Origin: Acidobacteriota bacterium
GTDB taxonomy: Bacteria > Acidobacteriota > UBA6911
Direction of reading: 5' to 3'
NCBI GenBank assembly: GCA_963664705.1
Contig: OY761556.1
Location: 4,448,001 to 4,512,000 of the forward strand
Length of the DNA stretch: 64,000 bases
The notes below the pieces were generated by a model that saw only the letters and a list, made by a program, of their open reading frames with translations, searched no databases and had not been told where the DNA came from. Shown here piece by piece: positions 48,994 to 59,414 of this stretch. The number at the start of each line of letters is the position of its first letter. Position 1 is the stretch's first letter. A program made the translations under genes and the position numbers.

Positions 48994-50610
48994 TTACAGT
49001 GTTGAAACCAGCTTGTCGGCAATCTCTTCGCCGGTCTCAAACACCGGGGCAGAAGGCTGAATCAATATCTCCGGCAGCCGTCCCCATTTCGGCATAAACA
49101 TCTCCGGATCCATGATCTTCAAATCCGGGGATATTTCCGGCTGGAAATCCATCATTCCCAGGATGTCTTTCTCGATACTGACGCCGGGAGCGATTTCAGT
49201 CAGGATCAGCTTCTGGTTTTCGAGTTTGAACACGCACCGCTCTGTCACAAACAGGATGGGCGCTTTCCTCTTGGCAGCAAAAGCACCGCTGAAGGTGATT
49301 TGATCCACCTTCTCCACGAACTTCTTCCCAGTTCCTTCTTTCGTGATGCGAAGCTTTCCGTTCTCGATTACCTCTTCCGACCCGATGGAAAACATTCCGC
49401 AAAACACGACTTTCTTGGAATTCTGGGTAATATTGATGAAGCCGCCCGGACCGGCCACGCGGTTTCCGAACCGGCTCACATTCACATCGCCGTTCTTATC
49501 CGTTTGAGCCAACCCGACAAAGGTCACATCCAGCCCGCCGCCATCGTAATAATCAAACATGGAGGCATGTTCGATCATGGCTTCGGCATTCACCGCTCCA
49601 CCAAAATCCAGACCGATCGCGGGGACTCCGCCAAAAACGCCCAGCTCGGTTGTCGTCGTCACTTTGCCGGTCATCCCCTCCTCAGCGATGACGCTGGGGA
49701 TAACCGCTGGGATTCCAACACCCAGATTAATGACATTCCCGCCGGCCAATTCGGCCGATGCCCGTCGACCGATAATCTTCCGCGCATCCAGTGGAAGCGC
49801 CGGGATCCCTTCCATCGGGACCTTGATGTGGCCCGCAAGAACGGGGCTGAAATAGGTAGCCTGGGTTTGATGGTGGTTTTCCGGCTTTGCGACCACGACA
49901 TAGTCAATCAAGGTACCAGGCACCTTGACATTTTTCGGATGCAAAGATCCGCCCATGGCCAGGTTATGGACTTGAGCAATGACAATACCGCCGCTGTTTT
50001 TGACGGCCATGGCAAGCGGCAGCGCTTCCATGATGACCGACTCGTTGTCCATCGTCAGGTTTCCGTTTTCATCTGCAACGGTTCCGCGGATCAATGCGAC
50101 GTTGATCGGGAACGGCTTGTACAGAAGGAGTTCCTGTCCTTCCAGCTCAATCACCTTGACCAGGTCTTCTTTGGTGATAGAGGTTATCTTGGCCCCTCCC
50201 ATGCGCGGATCAACAAATGTTCCCAGCCCCACATTGGTAATGACGCCGACTTTTTTCCCGGCAATGGCGCGCCATAGCTGGCAAATAACGCCTTGCGGCA
50301 AAAGATAGCATTCGATCTTGTTCTGTTCGATCAGACTGATCATATTGGGCGAAGTAAATGTGTGCCCGCAAATCAGCCTTTTGGTCAATCCTTCGTGGCC
50401 AAGATGCGTGGTTCCTCGCTTCTTGTAATCTCCGCAGGTGCAGCTGTGGATCAGCGTGATGTTCTTGGGGTGCCCTGACTGCAAGAACCTTTCTTCAATA
50501 GCAATGGCTATTTCTTCAGCCCATCCGGACAGCCCCTGTGTGCTGGCGCCTACCGTAACGCCATCCTCGATTAGTTTGGCAGCTTCCTGGGCTGTGATAA
50601 CTTTTGACAT
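48994..50610 (-). CDS. acyl-CoA:acetate/3-ketoacid CoA-transferase (YdiF/propionate CoA-transferase family)
   Basis: GLGTFVDPR, GTVADENGN, NLGVGIP, TTELG (catalytic Glu), FDYYDGGGLD, GPGGFINITQN, TERCVF. Confidence 0.92.
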   Translation of the reverse strand: MSKVITAQEAAKLIEDGVTVGASTQGLSGWAEEIAIAIEERFLQSGHPKNITLIHSCTCGDYKKRGTTHLGHEGLTKRLICGHTFTSPNMISLIEQNKIECYLLPQGVICQLWRAIAGKKVGVITNVGLGTFVDPRMGGAKITSITKEDLVKVIELEGQELLLYKPFPINVALIRGTVADENGNLTMDNESVIMEALPLAMAVKNSGGIVIAQVHNLAMGGSLHPKNVKVPGTLIDYVVVAKPENHHQTQATYFSPVLAGHIKVPMEGIPALPLDARKIIGRRASAELAGGNVINLGVGIPAVIPSVIAEEGMTGKVTTTTELGVFGGVPAIGLDFGGAVNAEAMIEHASMFDYYDGGGLDVTFVGLAQTDKNGDVNVSRFGNRVAGPGGFINITQNSKKVVFCGMFSIGSEEVIENGKLRITKEGTGKKFVEKVDQITFSGAFAAKRKAPILFVTERCVFKLENQKLILTEIAPGVSIEKDILGMMDFQPEISPDLKIMDPEMFMPKWGRLPEILIQPSAPVFETGEEIADKLVSTL

Positions 50611-50928
50611 GCCTTACTTCTCCTTATCCCGCGTGCCGGCGTTCAATAAAGCCGCACCAGGACATTCAGCAATTGGCCGCTCATTTTGGTTATTTGCATC
50701 CGGTAAAAGCAAAGCGGAAAACCAAAAACATGCAAAGCAGCGAACCAAAGCATCGATTTGCAGCAGATACAATACCCGAGTTTGAAAACAATTCCCTAAA
50801 ATGAGCCCCTAGCATATCGCTTTATCCTCGGTGTCTCAATGTTTTTTGGCAGCCCGGAGGGGATATTCAATCAGGCGTGTAAGAATGAGGAATTGGGGGA
50901 GATGCAGGACAATTGCCCGGGTCAAAGA

Positions 50929-50963
50929 TATTCGGACACACTCTTGCCTGGTGTGTCCGAATA
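50929..50963. repeat. perfect 12-bp inverted repeat with a GGACAC core
   Basis: tattcggacaca...tgtgtccgaata. Confidence 0.6.
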
Positions 50964-51056
50964 CCTTCAGGCAAAGCTACGCCTTAAGCCGGAAAAGGCT
51001 TTCTTTTTTAGCGTAAACAGCGGAATAAAGCGCTGGCAGTTTTCGCGCGCGGGACT

Positions 51057-51728
51057 CTAGACTACGTCTTCTTCGTCCGAATCCTTAAAATCAGCCATAT
51101 AATCTAGATCCGTCTCTTCGTTGTGGTCATCATCATACTCACCGAAGATCTGGCCTCCGTTGCGCTCCCGAATGGGCCCTTTTCTGAATCCCATTTCGGT
51201 TTTGGGTCCGTAATTGGCTTTTCGCTTCCGAGCCGGCTTGGCATCCGGGCCAAAATTACGGCTGCGCCGTTCCGCACGTGACGAACGCTCATTTTCCATC
51301 GGATTTGAAGAAAAATCCGATGGTCCGCCCAGCGAAGGCCGGGGCGTAAATCCCGGTCGAGGCGTGAATCCCGGTCGAGGCGTAAATCCCGGCCGAGGTG
51401 TGAATCCCGGTCGAGGTGCCCCGGTGTTCGCTCCCGCAGGCCGCGCATACCCCGGTCTTGGTCCGGAATCGGGACGATTCTCCCGTGCACGGGCTTCATT
51501 GATAGTAATGTTGCGCCCTTTGAACGGCTGGTTGTTTAGCTTACGGCTCGCTTCCTCGGCTTGCGCCGGGTCGCTGAACTCGACAAATGCAAACCCTCGC
51601 CGTTTACCGGTTTCGCGATCCACCGGAATAATGACGGTCGAGAGTGGTCCGACGGATGAAAAGAACTCCCTCAGATCCGGCTCAGTCACATCGTAGGGAA
51701 GATTCCCCACAAACAAACGTACAGGCAT
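51057..51728 (-). CDS. RRM RNA-binding protein with a low-complexity RPGFTP-repeat tail and acidic C-terminus
   Basis: RNP2 LFVGNL, RNP1 RGFAFVEF, INEARAR. Confidence 0.92.
   Translation of the reverse strand: MPVRLFVGNLPYDVTEPDLREFFSSVGPLSTVIIPVDRETGKRRGFAFVEFSDPAQAEEASRKLNNQPFKGRNITINEARARENRPDSGPRPGYARPAGANTGAPRPGFTPRPGFTPRPGFTPRPGFTPRPSLGGPSDFSSNPMENERSSRAERRSRNFGPDAKPARKRKANYGPKTEMGFRKGPIRERNGGQIFGEYDDDHNEETDLDYMADFKDSDEEDVV
51337..51418 (-). repeat. 18-bp coding tandem repeat (x4) encoding RPGFTP
   Basis: ggcgtRaatcccggtcga units. Confidence 0.9.
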
Positions 51729-52002
51729 ACTCTCCCTTTAAAACCCCAACATACGCATACAGCGCACGTCCTCCAGCGACACTTCGGCCATCGAAATGTT
51801 TGGTTTATTCATGCGTATTGGATCGGGGTCATGTTGTGAATTGGCGCTGTGTTTTCTTCTATACCTCAGCAGCTGGTTGGATGCTCCTTGAATCCACTTC
51901 CTACCGCATAGGCGGAATTTTACACCAAAAAAATCTGAAAAGGCAGCAAGAATTCTCTAAATGACTATTCAGGAGAGGGTTGTTGCACCTCCCCCCTCTC
52001 TT

Positions 52003-53385
52003 CTATTCTTCGGCAGAATCAAAATAATGATTATAGTAGATCCGCTGGGCGGGATTCCGCACGACTCCGGACTGCAATTTCTCAAAGATCGTCCGAGCTG
52101 AGCCATCAATGGTCTGCAGCGGCGTAAAACCGAGCGCCTCATTTAGTTTAGAGAAAGAAACCCGGTAATCGCGCGCATCCAGATTAGAGCCATCCCGGAC
52201 AATCGGAATGCCTCCAAGAGCCGATCCGATCATCTCCGCCACCTGATCGATCTGATAGTTCTGCTCATCCGATCCTACATTAAAAATCTGGTTGCCGACA
52301 GCCTGGAGGTTCGATTCCAGACACCGAACATATACTTCAGCCGCATCCTCCACGCCAAGAAGCGGACGCCATTGCCGACCTCCGAACACCTGGATCTTCT
52401 TATCCACAAACGACTTCATGCTCATGGTATTCACCACCAGATCGAACCGCATTCTTGGCGAATATCCATAAAGAGTTCCCATGCGCAAAATCGTGGGACT
52501 GAAGTATTCATCGCCCATGCCCAGAATTATTTTTTCCGATTCAATCTTGGTGCGCGCATACAAAGAAACCGGGTTCAGGGGAGCGGCCTCATCAAGCAGG
52601 TCCGCACCAATTCCGTACACACTGCAGGTCGAGGCATACAAAAACCGGTTGATATGGTGCAGTTTACTGGCCGAGGCCAGCGCCTGGGCGGCCAGCACAT
52701 TGGTTTCGATCGTCTCGGTCGGGCGCACCTTTGATGCCGGATCCCCCACAATGGCAGCCAGAAGCACCACCGCATCGGTCTCGGCAAGCGAACTCACACA
52801 GGTGTGTATGTTTCGCAGGTCTCCCTCAATAATTTCTAGATTTTCATCCCCCGCTAACGGCTCCAGCGAGCGGCGGCCATAAATAAAGCTGTCAAGAATG
52901 CGAACCTTAAATCCTCGGCTTAAAAGCTTCTGGGTCAGCACGGTCCCCAGGTAACCCGCGCCTCCAACCACCAGAACTCTCCTGGAGGGCTCCAGCGAAC
53001 CCGAATCTATTTTGGGAAGGTTATGCATCTGGACCAGGTCTTCCACCGACAATATTTCCACAATTTTCCCGGCGGCGTTGATGATCGGCAAAAACCGGAT
53101 TCCATGCAACTGCATATCGGAAATCATTTGATCCGCGTTTTGCCGGTTTTTCAGGTCCGCCTGGGTGAACCTGAATGTATGCATCGGATAAGTCCCGATG
53201 CCTTCCTCGCTTTGGGCTCCACTGATCAGCAGTCGCCGCAGCTCCGCCTTGGCAGCGGCCCCCAGGTAGGTACCGGATTCGTCCAGCACAAAAGCAACGT
53301 CAAAGGAACTCTGCTCAATCAGTTGAATAGACTTTTGTATAGAGGTATTGCGTTCCAGACAAACTACAGGGTATTTCATGTCCAC
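52003..53385 (-). CDS. CBS-pair + NAD-dependent epimerase/dehydratase fusion
   Basis: N-terminal CBS-like segments (AFVLDESG.YLG, RFLPIIN..GKIV.ILS); VVGGAGYLG, LAAIVGDP, ASTCSVYG, YARTK, RFDLVVN. Confidence 0.85.
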   Translation of the reverse strand: MDMKYPVVCLERNTSIQKSIQLIEQSSFDVAFVLDESGTYLGAAAKAELRRLLISGAQSEEGIGTYPMHTFRFTQADLKNRQNADQMISDMQLHGIRFLPIINAAGKIVEILSVEDLVQMHNLPKIDSGSLEPSRRVLVVGGAGYLGTVLTQKLLSRGFKVRILDSFIYGRRSLEPLAGDENLEIIEGDLRNIHTCVSSLAETDAVVLLAAIVGDPASKVRPTETIETNVLAAQALASASKLHHINRFLYASTCSVYGIGADLLDEAAPLNPVSLYARTKIESEKIILGMGDEYFSPTILRMGTLYGYSPRMRFDLVVNTMSMKSFVDKKIQVFGGRQWRPLLGVEDAAEVYVRCLESNLQAVGNQIFNVGSDEQNYQIDQVAEMIGSALGGIPIVRDGSNLDARDYRVSFSKLNEALGFTPLQTIDGSARTIFEKLQSGVVRNPAQRIYYNHYFDSAEE

Positions 53386-53419
53386 ATGCTCCCAACCCCG
53401 AATACCGGGGGCGAGCCCG

Positions 53420-53470
53420 GAATTGGAACAGGGACCGATTCCGATCCCGATTCCGATTACGGCCCCGATT
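53420..53470. repeat. 6-nt (CCGATT-like) intergenic tandem repeat
   Basis: ggaccgattccgatcccgattccgattacggccccgatt. Confidence 0.7.
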
Positions 53471-53484
53471 TGCTTTATAACAGT

Positions 53485-54399
53485 TCACGCCTGGTGCTTC
53501 ATGAACCAATCGACATATCCGCGCATTGCATCTTCATAGGAGACTTCGGGCTCCCACCCCAGCAATTGGCGTGCTTTCTCCGATGAAATAAACCGTCCCT
53601 TGAAATTTCCTTTTCGATCTTCCACAAAAGAAATGGTCGCCTTCTTCCCAATGATCTCTTCCAGCGTTCTAACGATCTGAATCACGCTGATTTTTTTTCG
53701 ACCGTTCAGGTTGAAGATCTGATTTTCCGCCGCCTTGTTTACACAGGCTGCATTGCCGCGCGCGAGATCACGGATATAAATAAACTGCCTTGATTGGCTG
53801 CCATCTCCATGAATAGTGATTGGCTCCCCATGAAGGATGCGCCGGATGAAAATTGGAGTCACGGTTTCCGGGCGGGCTCTTTCACCAAACGGAATACCAT
53901 AGCGCATGATCGTATAATTGACGCCATACAGGGCATTATAGTTTTTGCAGAATAGCTCGGCGGCAATTTTCGATGATGTATAAATGTGATCTGGATTTCC
54001 CGTGGGCGGCGTTTCTTCGGTAATGTTTTCGTCGCCGGCATCGGGCAGGGATCCGTATACCCACTCGGTGGAGGCCAGGATTACGCGCGCAGCGGAGGTA
54101 CGCCGGGCTGCTTCGAGCACCGCGAGGGTAGCATTGGCCGTAATATCATTCGAAAACACCGGGCTCTCGAGAAATCTGTTTACGTTCGCCTCGGCTGCGA
54201 GCAAATAAACAATGTCTCCGTTCTTAACAAGCTGGGATAGACGATCGATGTCCCGGGTATCTCCCCGGACAAAGGCGCATGCCTGGCCATAGTGCGGAGC
54301 CTCCAGGTCATAAATAACAACCTCGTGTCCCTGCTCCATCAACGCATCCACCACGTGGGACCCGATAAACCCGGATCCGCCTGCAACAACGATTTTCAT
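53485..54399 (-). CDS. NAD-dependent epimerase/dehydratase
   Basis: MKIVVAGGSGFIG, ASTEWVYG, YTSSK, RYGIPFG, HGDGSQSRQF. Confidence 0.9.
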   Translation of the reverse strand: MKIVVAGGSGFIGSHVVDALMEQGHEVVIYDLEAPHYGQACAFVRGDTRDIDRLSQLVKNGDIVYLLAAEANVNRFLESPVFSNDITANATLAVLEAARRTSAARVILASTEWVYGSLPDAGDENITEETPPTGNPDHIYTSSKIAAELFCKNYNALYGVNYTIMRYGIPFGERARPETVTPIFIRRILHGEPITIHGDGSQSRQFIYIRDLARGNAACVNKAAENQIFNLNGRKKISVIQIVRTLEEIIGKKATISFVEDRKGNFKGRFISSEKARQLLGWEPEVSYEDAMRGYVDWFMKHQA

Positions 54400-54486
54400 G
54401 CCTCTTCCTTTTGCTTTATAGGCAGACGGCCCCGGCATGCCCCATCACAATCCGATGCTCGCCAGGGCCGTCTGTCACCGATTCCG

Positions 54487-55806
54487 TTATTTTTCGTGAA
54501 TGCAGAACAATGTGTTCTGCCCTCGGAGAAAGATCTCACCCCCCACAATAGCCGGGGAAGCAACGAACATTTGATCCGCCAGGGTATTAGTCGCCAGGAC
54601 TTCAAAGCTCTCTCCCATCTTCAGAACAACCACATCCTCATTCTCACTGGAGAGATAGAGCTTGCCGTTGACTCCCACGGGGGAAGCCTTGAAGCTGTAT
54701 GTTTTCGGCAACCGTTGCTGTTGATAATAGGGAACACCTGTTTTGGCGCTATAGCAACTGATCATGCCATTGTCGGTCAGAACATATAACTTGTTATCGA
54801 AAAGCACTGGAGAAGCGGTATAGGAATTCCCCTTTGTCTGGCTCCAGACAACCGCATCCGTTCCAGTCAGATCGCCCTCTCTCCCGAGCTTGATGGCCAT
54901 CAGATTAGGATTAATGTAACCGCTCATGACAAACACCATGTCGTCCTGTCGAACCGGATGAGGGATCACATTGACCCCAAGTCCCCCGCACTCCCAGATC
55001 ACTTTGCCGGTTTCAAAATCATAGCTGCGCACCCTTTTGGAAGCAGAGACCAGAATTTGTTTTTTCCCGCCAAATTCAAAGACCAGGGGGGCAGCCCATC
55101 CGGATTTTTCGTCGCGATTGGCTCGCCAGATTTCATTCCCGGTCTTCTTGTCCAGGACAACCATGAAAGAATCTCCTTCATGGTCAAAAACGAGGATCAA
55201 CCGATCCCCCGAAAGGACAGGCCCCATTCCCTCGCCAAAGGACATGCGCATTTTCATCTGGATGCCAAAATCCTTCTTCCATACCAGCTTGCCGTTCATG
55301 TCATAGCAAAACATCCCGCGGGAACCAAAGAAGGCATAAACAAATTTTCCGTCCGTTACCGGCGAATTGGATGCAAAGCTGCCATATTGGGGGTGGTAGC
55401 CTTCATGAGGAACTCCGGTGGTCGCGGTCTGCTCCCATAGCAGCTTTCCCGTTTTGCGATCAAGGCACAGCACTTCAAACTTATGCTCGACCTGCGGGCC
55501 CGGCGTCGTCAGGCCCGGCTTGGCTCCGGGTGCAGGCTTGGGGGCCGGAGGCTCCGAGGCTGCCCCGATCTTGACTGCGGTGGTAAGGAAAATTTTATCG
55601 CCCCAGATCACCGGGCTGGAATGCCCGCGGCCAGGGATATTTGCCTTCCACTTTATATTTTGCGTATCACTCCAATGCAGAGGCGCATCGCCCACGGCCA
55701 TGCCATCGGCTGCAGGCCCACGCCAGTAAGCCCAATTCGTGTTCACTTGAGGCGCTGCACTTAAAGCCACCGCACACAACAGCAAAGTTGCCAGAACAGC
55801 TTTCAT
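54487..55806 (-). CDS. secreted PQQ-like beta-propeller repeat protein
   Basis: Signal peptide MKAVLATLL; WAYWRGP, GHSSPV, repeated CLD..TGK..W motifs. Confidence 0.88.
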   Translation of the reverse strand: MKAVLATLLLCAVALSAAPQVNTNWAYWRGPAADGMAVGDAPLHWSDTQNIKWKANIPGRGHSSPVIWGDKIFLTTAVKIGAASEPPAPKPAPGAKPGLTTPGPQVEHKFEVLCLDRKTGKLLWEQTATTGVPHEGYHPQYGSFASNSPVTDGKFVYAFFGSRGMFCYDMNGKLVWKKDFGIQMKMRMSFGEGMGPVLSGDRLILVFDHEGDSFMVVLDKKTGNEIWRANRDEKSGWAAPLVFEFGGKKQILVSASKRVRSYDFETGKVIWECGGLGVNVIPHPVRQDDMVFVMSGYINPNLMAIKLGREGDLTGTDAVVWSQTKGNSYTASPVLFDNKLYVLTDNGMISCYSAKTGVPYYQQQRLPKTYSFKASPVGVNGKLYLSSENEDVVVLKMGESFEVLATNTLADQMFVASPAIVGGEIFLRGQNTLFCIHEK

Positions 55807-56103
55807 ATGTCCCCCTCCGGTTGGTGCATAAGCTTCATCATTCAGGGGGATAAGGTCAAGAGAAACTTGGAAATGGATCCAATAAAGCCGGGCGCAGGCA
55901 GTGAGGCGGATTGGTTCCCCATGGACTGCCGCCGGCATTATTTGCGATACAGCACTTCCCTGCTCAATCACATCGCCGGCCAATTATTGGTTCTGAAATA
56001 TCGGCAGGAAGGCGACTATTGCCCGCGCCGCGCGGAATTCCATCGTTCATCGGGCAACGCAATTGCCGCCTGAGAAGACCGGGGCAGATCAAACGAATGC
56101 AGA

Positions 56104-56742
56104 TCAGGAAATGCAGGAATCGAAAATGCGGGATGCATCCGGCACGGGAATCCGAATGCGGTACTCGTTCATTTCCCGTCCTTCGGGAGTGGTGGCCCAG
56201 CCGGCAAGGCTGAATCCCAACTCCTGGTAGAATCGGTTCACGGCATCATTCTCAAGTCGATCTGTTGTCAGATTGACCTGAGTGCAGTTGCGGTGCGCAG
56301 CCTCCTCGAGGAACGCACGAACCAACTGCTTGCCGATCCCCATATGCTGGGCATTGGGAGCGACGGCAATAGACATCAGGGTGCCGCAGGTAGCTTCGAC
56401 ATTTGCTTTCGAAGGCATCTGAATCGCCCGGAAAAGACGCCCAATGATCCTGGGCCGTCGCAGCACCGGGCGGATGCTTGCCAGGAAGAACCGGAATAAG
56501 CGCCCGCGCAGCAGCCGTCTGTAGAAATCAGCAAGATGATCACTGCCGGCAACAAAGCCGGTTACGCTCTCTGCGCTCACAAAAACAAAAGCAATGCCGG
56601 AGGGGTCCGCGAGAATTCCGGCATATAGTTCACGCAGAAAACGAGGTCCCAGAAAAGACAAAAAGAACCCCTGGAAGGAAGCCATGTGGATTCGCACGAC
56701 ATCCGGAATATCATCTGATGATAATGGACGTACGCTGTTCAC
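56104..56742 (-). CDS. GNAT acetyltransferase of the type found in polysaccharide clusters
   Basis: FLSFLGPRFL..LY, SIAVAP.AQ.MGIGKQL, LTTD...N..VN.FY..LGF. Confidence 0.85.
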   Translation of the reverse strand: MNSVRPLSSDDIPDVVRIHMASFQGFFLSFLGPRFLRELYAGILADPSGIAFVFVSAESVTGFVAGSDHLADFYRRLLRGRLFRFFLASIRPVLRRPRIIGRLFRAIQMPSKANVEATCGTLMSIAVAPNAQHMGIGKQLVRAFLEEAAHRNCTQVNLTTDRLENDAVNRFYQELGFSLAGWATTPEGREMNEYRIRIPVPDASRIFDSCIS

Positions 56743-56838
56743 TGCTTTCCATGAAAAAGGTAGATCTGTTTATAAAGCTATTATCGGGAATGCGAGCCTG
56801 AACGCAAAGCAAAATCTCGAGAGAAACCGGGACGCAGC

Positions 56839-57078
56839 TCAACTGAATATGCGATGGCGCCGGGAGTTTTTAACCGGGAGGTATGACATGCGTTTCGCGG
56901 CTCTTCGCTCCGGGCCGGAATACCTGGATTTCCTGATGCGTATGGGCTGGCTGCCAACAACGACCCATCCGCTCGAACGGCGAAACGCGGCAATTCTGCC
57001 CAGTTGTATCATTTGATCCAGTTTTGAAGCATCCAGCATGCCTTCGCTGTAATCATTGCCTATTACCTCAATCAACAT
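56839..57078 (-). CDS. small protein resembling the GSU3473 family
   Basis: MLIEVI...LD.MI..GRI.AFRRSSGWVVVG..PIR...YSGPERR; GAGG RBS. Confidence 0.7.
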   Translation of the reverse strand: MLIEVIGNDYSEGMLDASKLDQMIQLGRIAAFRRSSGWVVVGSQPIRIRKSRYSGPERRAAKRMSYLPVKNSRRHRIFS

Positions 57079-57098
57079 AAGCCACCTCTCTTCCTGAC

Positions 57099-58067
57099 TC
57101 AGTTGCGATAGCGCGGACTCCTGAAATCTGAGAATACGTTGCTGTGAATGGCCTGGATAACTTCTCTCGCACCATCCCCGATCCTGCGCCGGGTATTCAG
57201 GCCCAGTGTTTTTTTGATCTTCTCGAAGGAAACCCGATAGTCCCGCGGATCTTCGTTCTTATGCACTCTTTCGATTTCAACGGGGAAATCAAGCAACGAG
57301 CGGATCACGTCGACAATCTGCCCCTTGGTGTAGTTTTCGTCGCTGCTGCCGACATTGAAGACCTGGCCGCATACCCTTTCGACCGGGCTGTTCAGGACCA
57401 GGGTAATGGCTGCCACGACATCCGTTATGTGCACATAGGGACGCCAAAACTGTTCTCCAAAAATCGCGAGCCGGCGGTTTGTGAAAAGCTCCATTGCAAA
57501 TTCGTTGATAGTAAGGTCAAAGCGCATGCGCCGGGAAAGCCCGTGCAAGGTCGCAAAGCGAAGAATCGTTGGCGCGGGGCATGCCTTGGGGTGGCCGAGA
57601 AGCTTTTTCTCCACCGCAACCTTCGTCTCCGCATAAAGAGAGACCGGCCGCAATTCCGCCTCCTCATCGGCCGGCATGCCTGGATCCCTCATCTTGCCAT
57701 AGTTGCTGCAGGTTGATGAGAATACAAACCGCTGCACACCGGATTGAACGCTCGCTTCAAAGAGAGCCAGCGAGGCATCAAGGTTGATGGACTTCGCCAT
57801 TTCCGGCATCCGGGAACAGGCCGGGTCGCCCACGATCGCGGCAAGATGAATCACCGCATCCGTTCCGTGACATGCCTGTTCACACACGTCCTGCTTTCGA
57901 ATATCGCCTGGAATAAACTCAAAATTTTCCTGGCCCAAACATCCAAGCAGCGATTCACCGCCATACATCAATGAGTCCACTACCCGCACTTTGTGCCCGA
58001 GGGACAGAAGGCATGGCGTCAGCACAGACCCCAGATATCCGGCCCCTCCCGAAATTAGAATTCGCAT
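57099..58067 (-). CDS. NAD-dependent epimerase/dehydratase
   Basis: ISGGAGYLG, HLAAIVGDPAC, STCSNYG, YAETK, RMRFDLT.N. Confidence 0.9.
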   Translation of the reverse strand: MRILISGGAGYLGSVLTPCLLSLGHKVRVVDSLMYGGESLLGCLGQENFEFIPGDIRKQDVCEQACHGTDAVIHLAAIVGDPACSRMPEMAKSINLDASLALFEASVQSGVQRFVFSSTCSNYGKMRDPGMPADEEAELRPVSLYAETKVAVEKKLLGHPKACPAPTILRFATLHGLSRRMRFDLTINEFAMELFTNRRLAIFGEQFWRPYVHITDVVAAITLVLNSPVERVCGQVFNVGSSDENYTKGQIVDVIRSLLDFPVEIERVHKNEDPRDYRVSFEKIKKTLGLNTRRRIGDGAREVIQAIHSNVFSDFRSPRYRN

Positions 58068-58429
58068 TGGACCCTCCTCCTGTCGCTATCGCGTCACATT
58101 GCCTGACCCTCAATAACTTCCATTTTCCTTACCGCCACTCGAGCATGATTTCGCTGCAAATAAGAAAAACGTGACAAAAAGCACAGTATTGGCTGCTTAT
58201 CTTCCGATAGAGTCTACGACGAACGAAGTAGTACCGAACGTTTCTGATAGGCCTGGTGCAAGCTCGCGCAAATATCGAGTCCGGCAAATCAGATTGGAAT
58301 GTGAAGTGTAAGTACCAGCACCTGCGGTTGTTCCAGTAACAGATCCTCGTGTACCGCCTCCTCACCGGCCTCTAATATCATTTCACAATCTCTCACTATG
58401 AACCTGGGCATTGCATAAGGACGGGGAGA

Positions 58430-59311
58430 ATGAAAAAGACCTGTGTGGTTTTTCTTAGCATAGTATCCGTTTTATTTGTATTTGGGCAGGCTTTTGCCTC
58501 TGATGCGACATTGGCATGGAATGCCGTGTCATCGGCAGAACTTGCAGGCTATAAGCTCTATTATGGTACGGTTTCAGGCAGCTATGGAACTTCTATCGTT
58601 GTAGGCAACAGCACGTCTTACACAATTTCAGGCCTTCAGGCCGGGACAACCTATTACATCGCGATCACAGCATACGATAGCGCTCTCAAAGAAAGTCCAT
58701 TTTCGGCTGAAATAACGGCGACAACGCCTCAGACGGCGCCATCGATATCCAATGTTCAAAATACACTTCTCACTTCAAATAGCGCCACCATTAGTTGGAA
58801 TACGAATCTGGCTTCGGACTCTAATGTGGATTATGGATTGGATACGAGCTACGGACTTACGGCATCGAACAGCAGTAATGTCACCAGTCACATCGGGAAT
58901 CTGGCCAACCTGAATGCCAGCACCCAGTATCACTACCGAGTGCGCTCCAAAACATCGACCGGGGTTCAATCAGCATCGGCCGATTTCACCCTCACCACAT
59001 TGACCGCTGCCGATACGACTCCACCGGTAATCACCGGGATCGCCAGCAGCAGCATTACCTACTCGGGCGCCGCAATATCGTGGACAACCAACGAGGGCGC
59101 CACCTCACAGGTACAATATGGGACAACCAGTCTTTATGGAAGCGCCTCCACGCTGAACAGCACTTTGCAAACATCGCATTACCAAGCCCTGGGCGGATTA
59201 TCTCCCAGCACGACATATCACTATCGAGTAGTGTCCAAGGACTCGGCCGGCAACATCGCAACCTCGCCTGATTTCACTTTCAGAACCGCGAAACGTCGCC
59301 AACAACGTTAG
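58430..59311 (+). CDS. secreted protein with three fibronectin type III-like domains
   Basis: Signal peptide; TLAWN...GYKLYYG...GL..GTTYY.AITAYD; two ATISW.T....S.V.YG...L...T.YHYRV.S repeats. Confidence 0.88.
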   Translation: MKKTCVVFLSIVSVLFVFGQAFASDATLAWNAVSSAELAGYKLYYGTVSGSYGTSIVVGNSTSYTISGLQAGTTYYIAITAYDSALKESPFSAEITATTPQTAPSISNVQNTLLTSNSATISWNTNLASDSNVDYGLDTSYGLTASNSSNVTSHIGNLANLNASTQYHYRVRSKTSTGVQSASADFTLTTLTAADTTPPVITGIASSSITYSGAAISWTTNEGATSQVQYGTTSLYGSASTLNSTLQTSHYQALGGLSPSTTYHYRVVSKDSAGNIATSPDFTFRTAKRRQQR

Positions 59312-59414
59312 GTGAACATATCCAAAGAAAGGGACATCATTTATGTCGGCTGGAGCATCAAAAGACTTGAATAGGAACCGGTATCACCGAATCATTTTTA
59401 ATACGAGGCCAATT

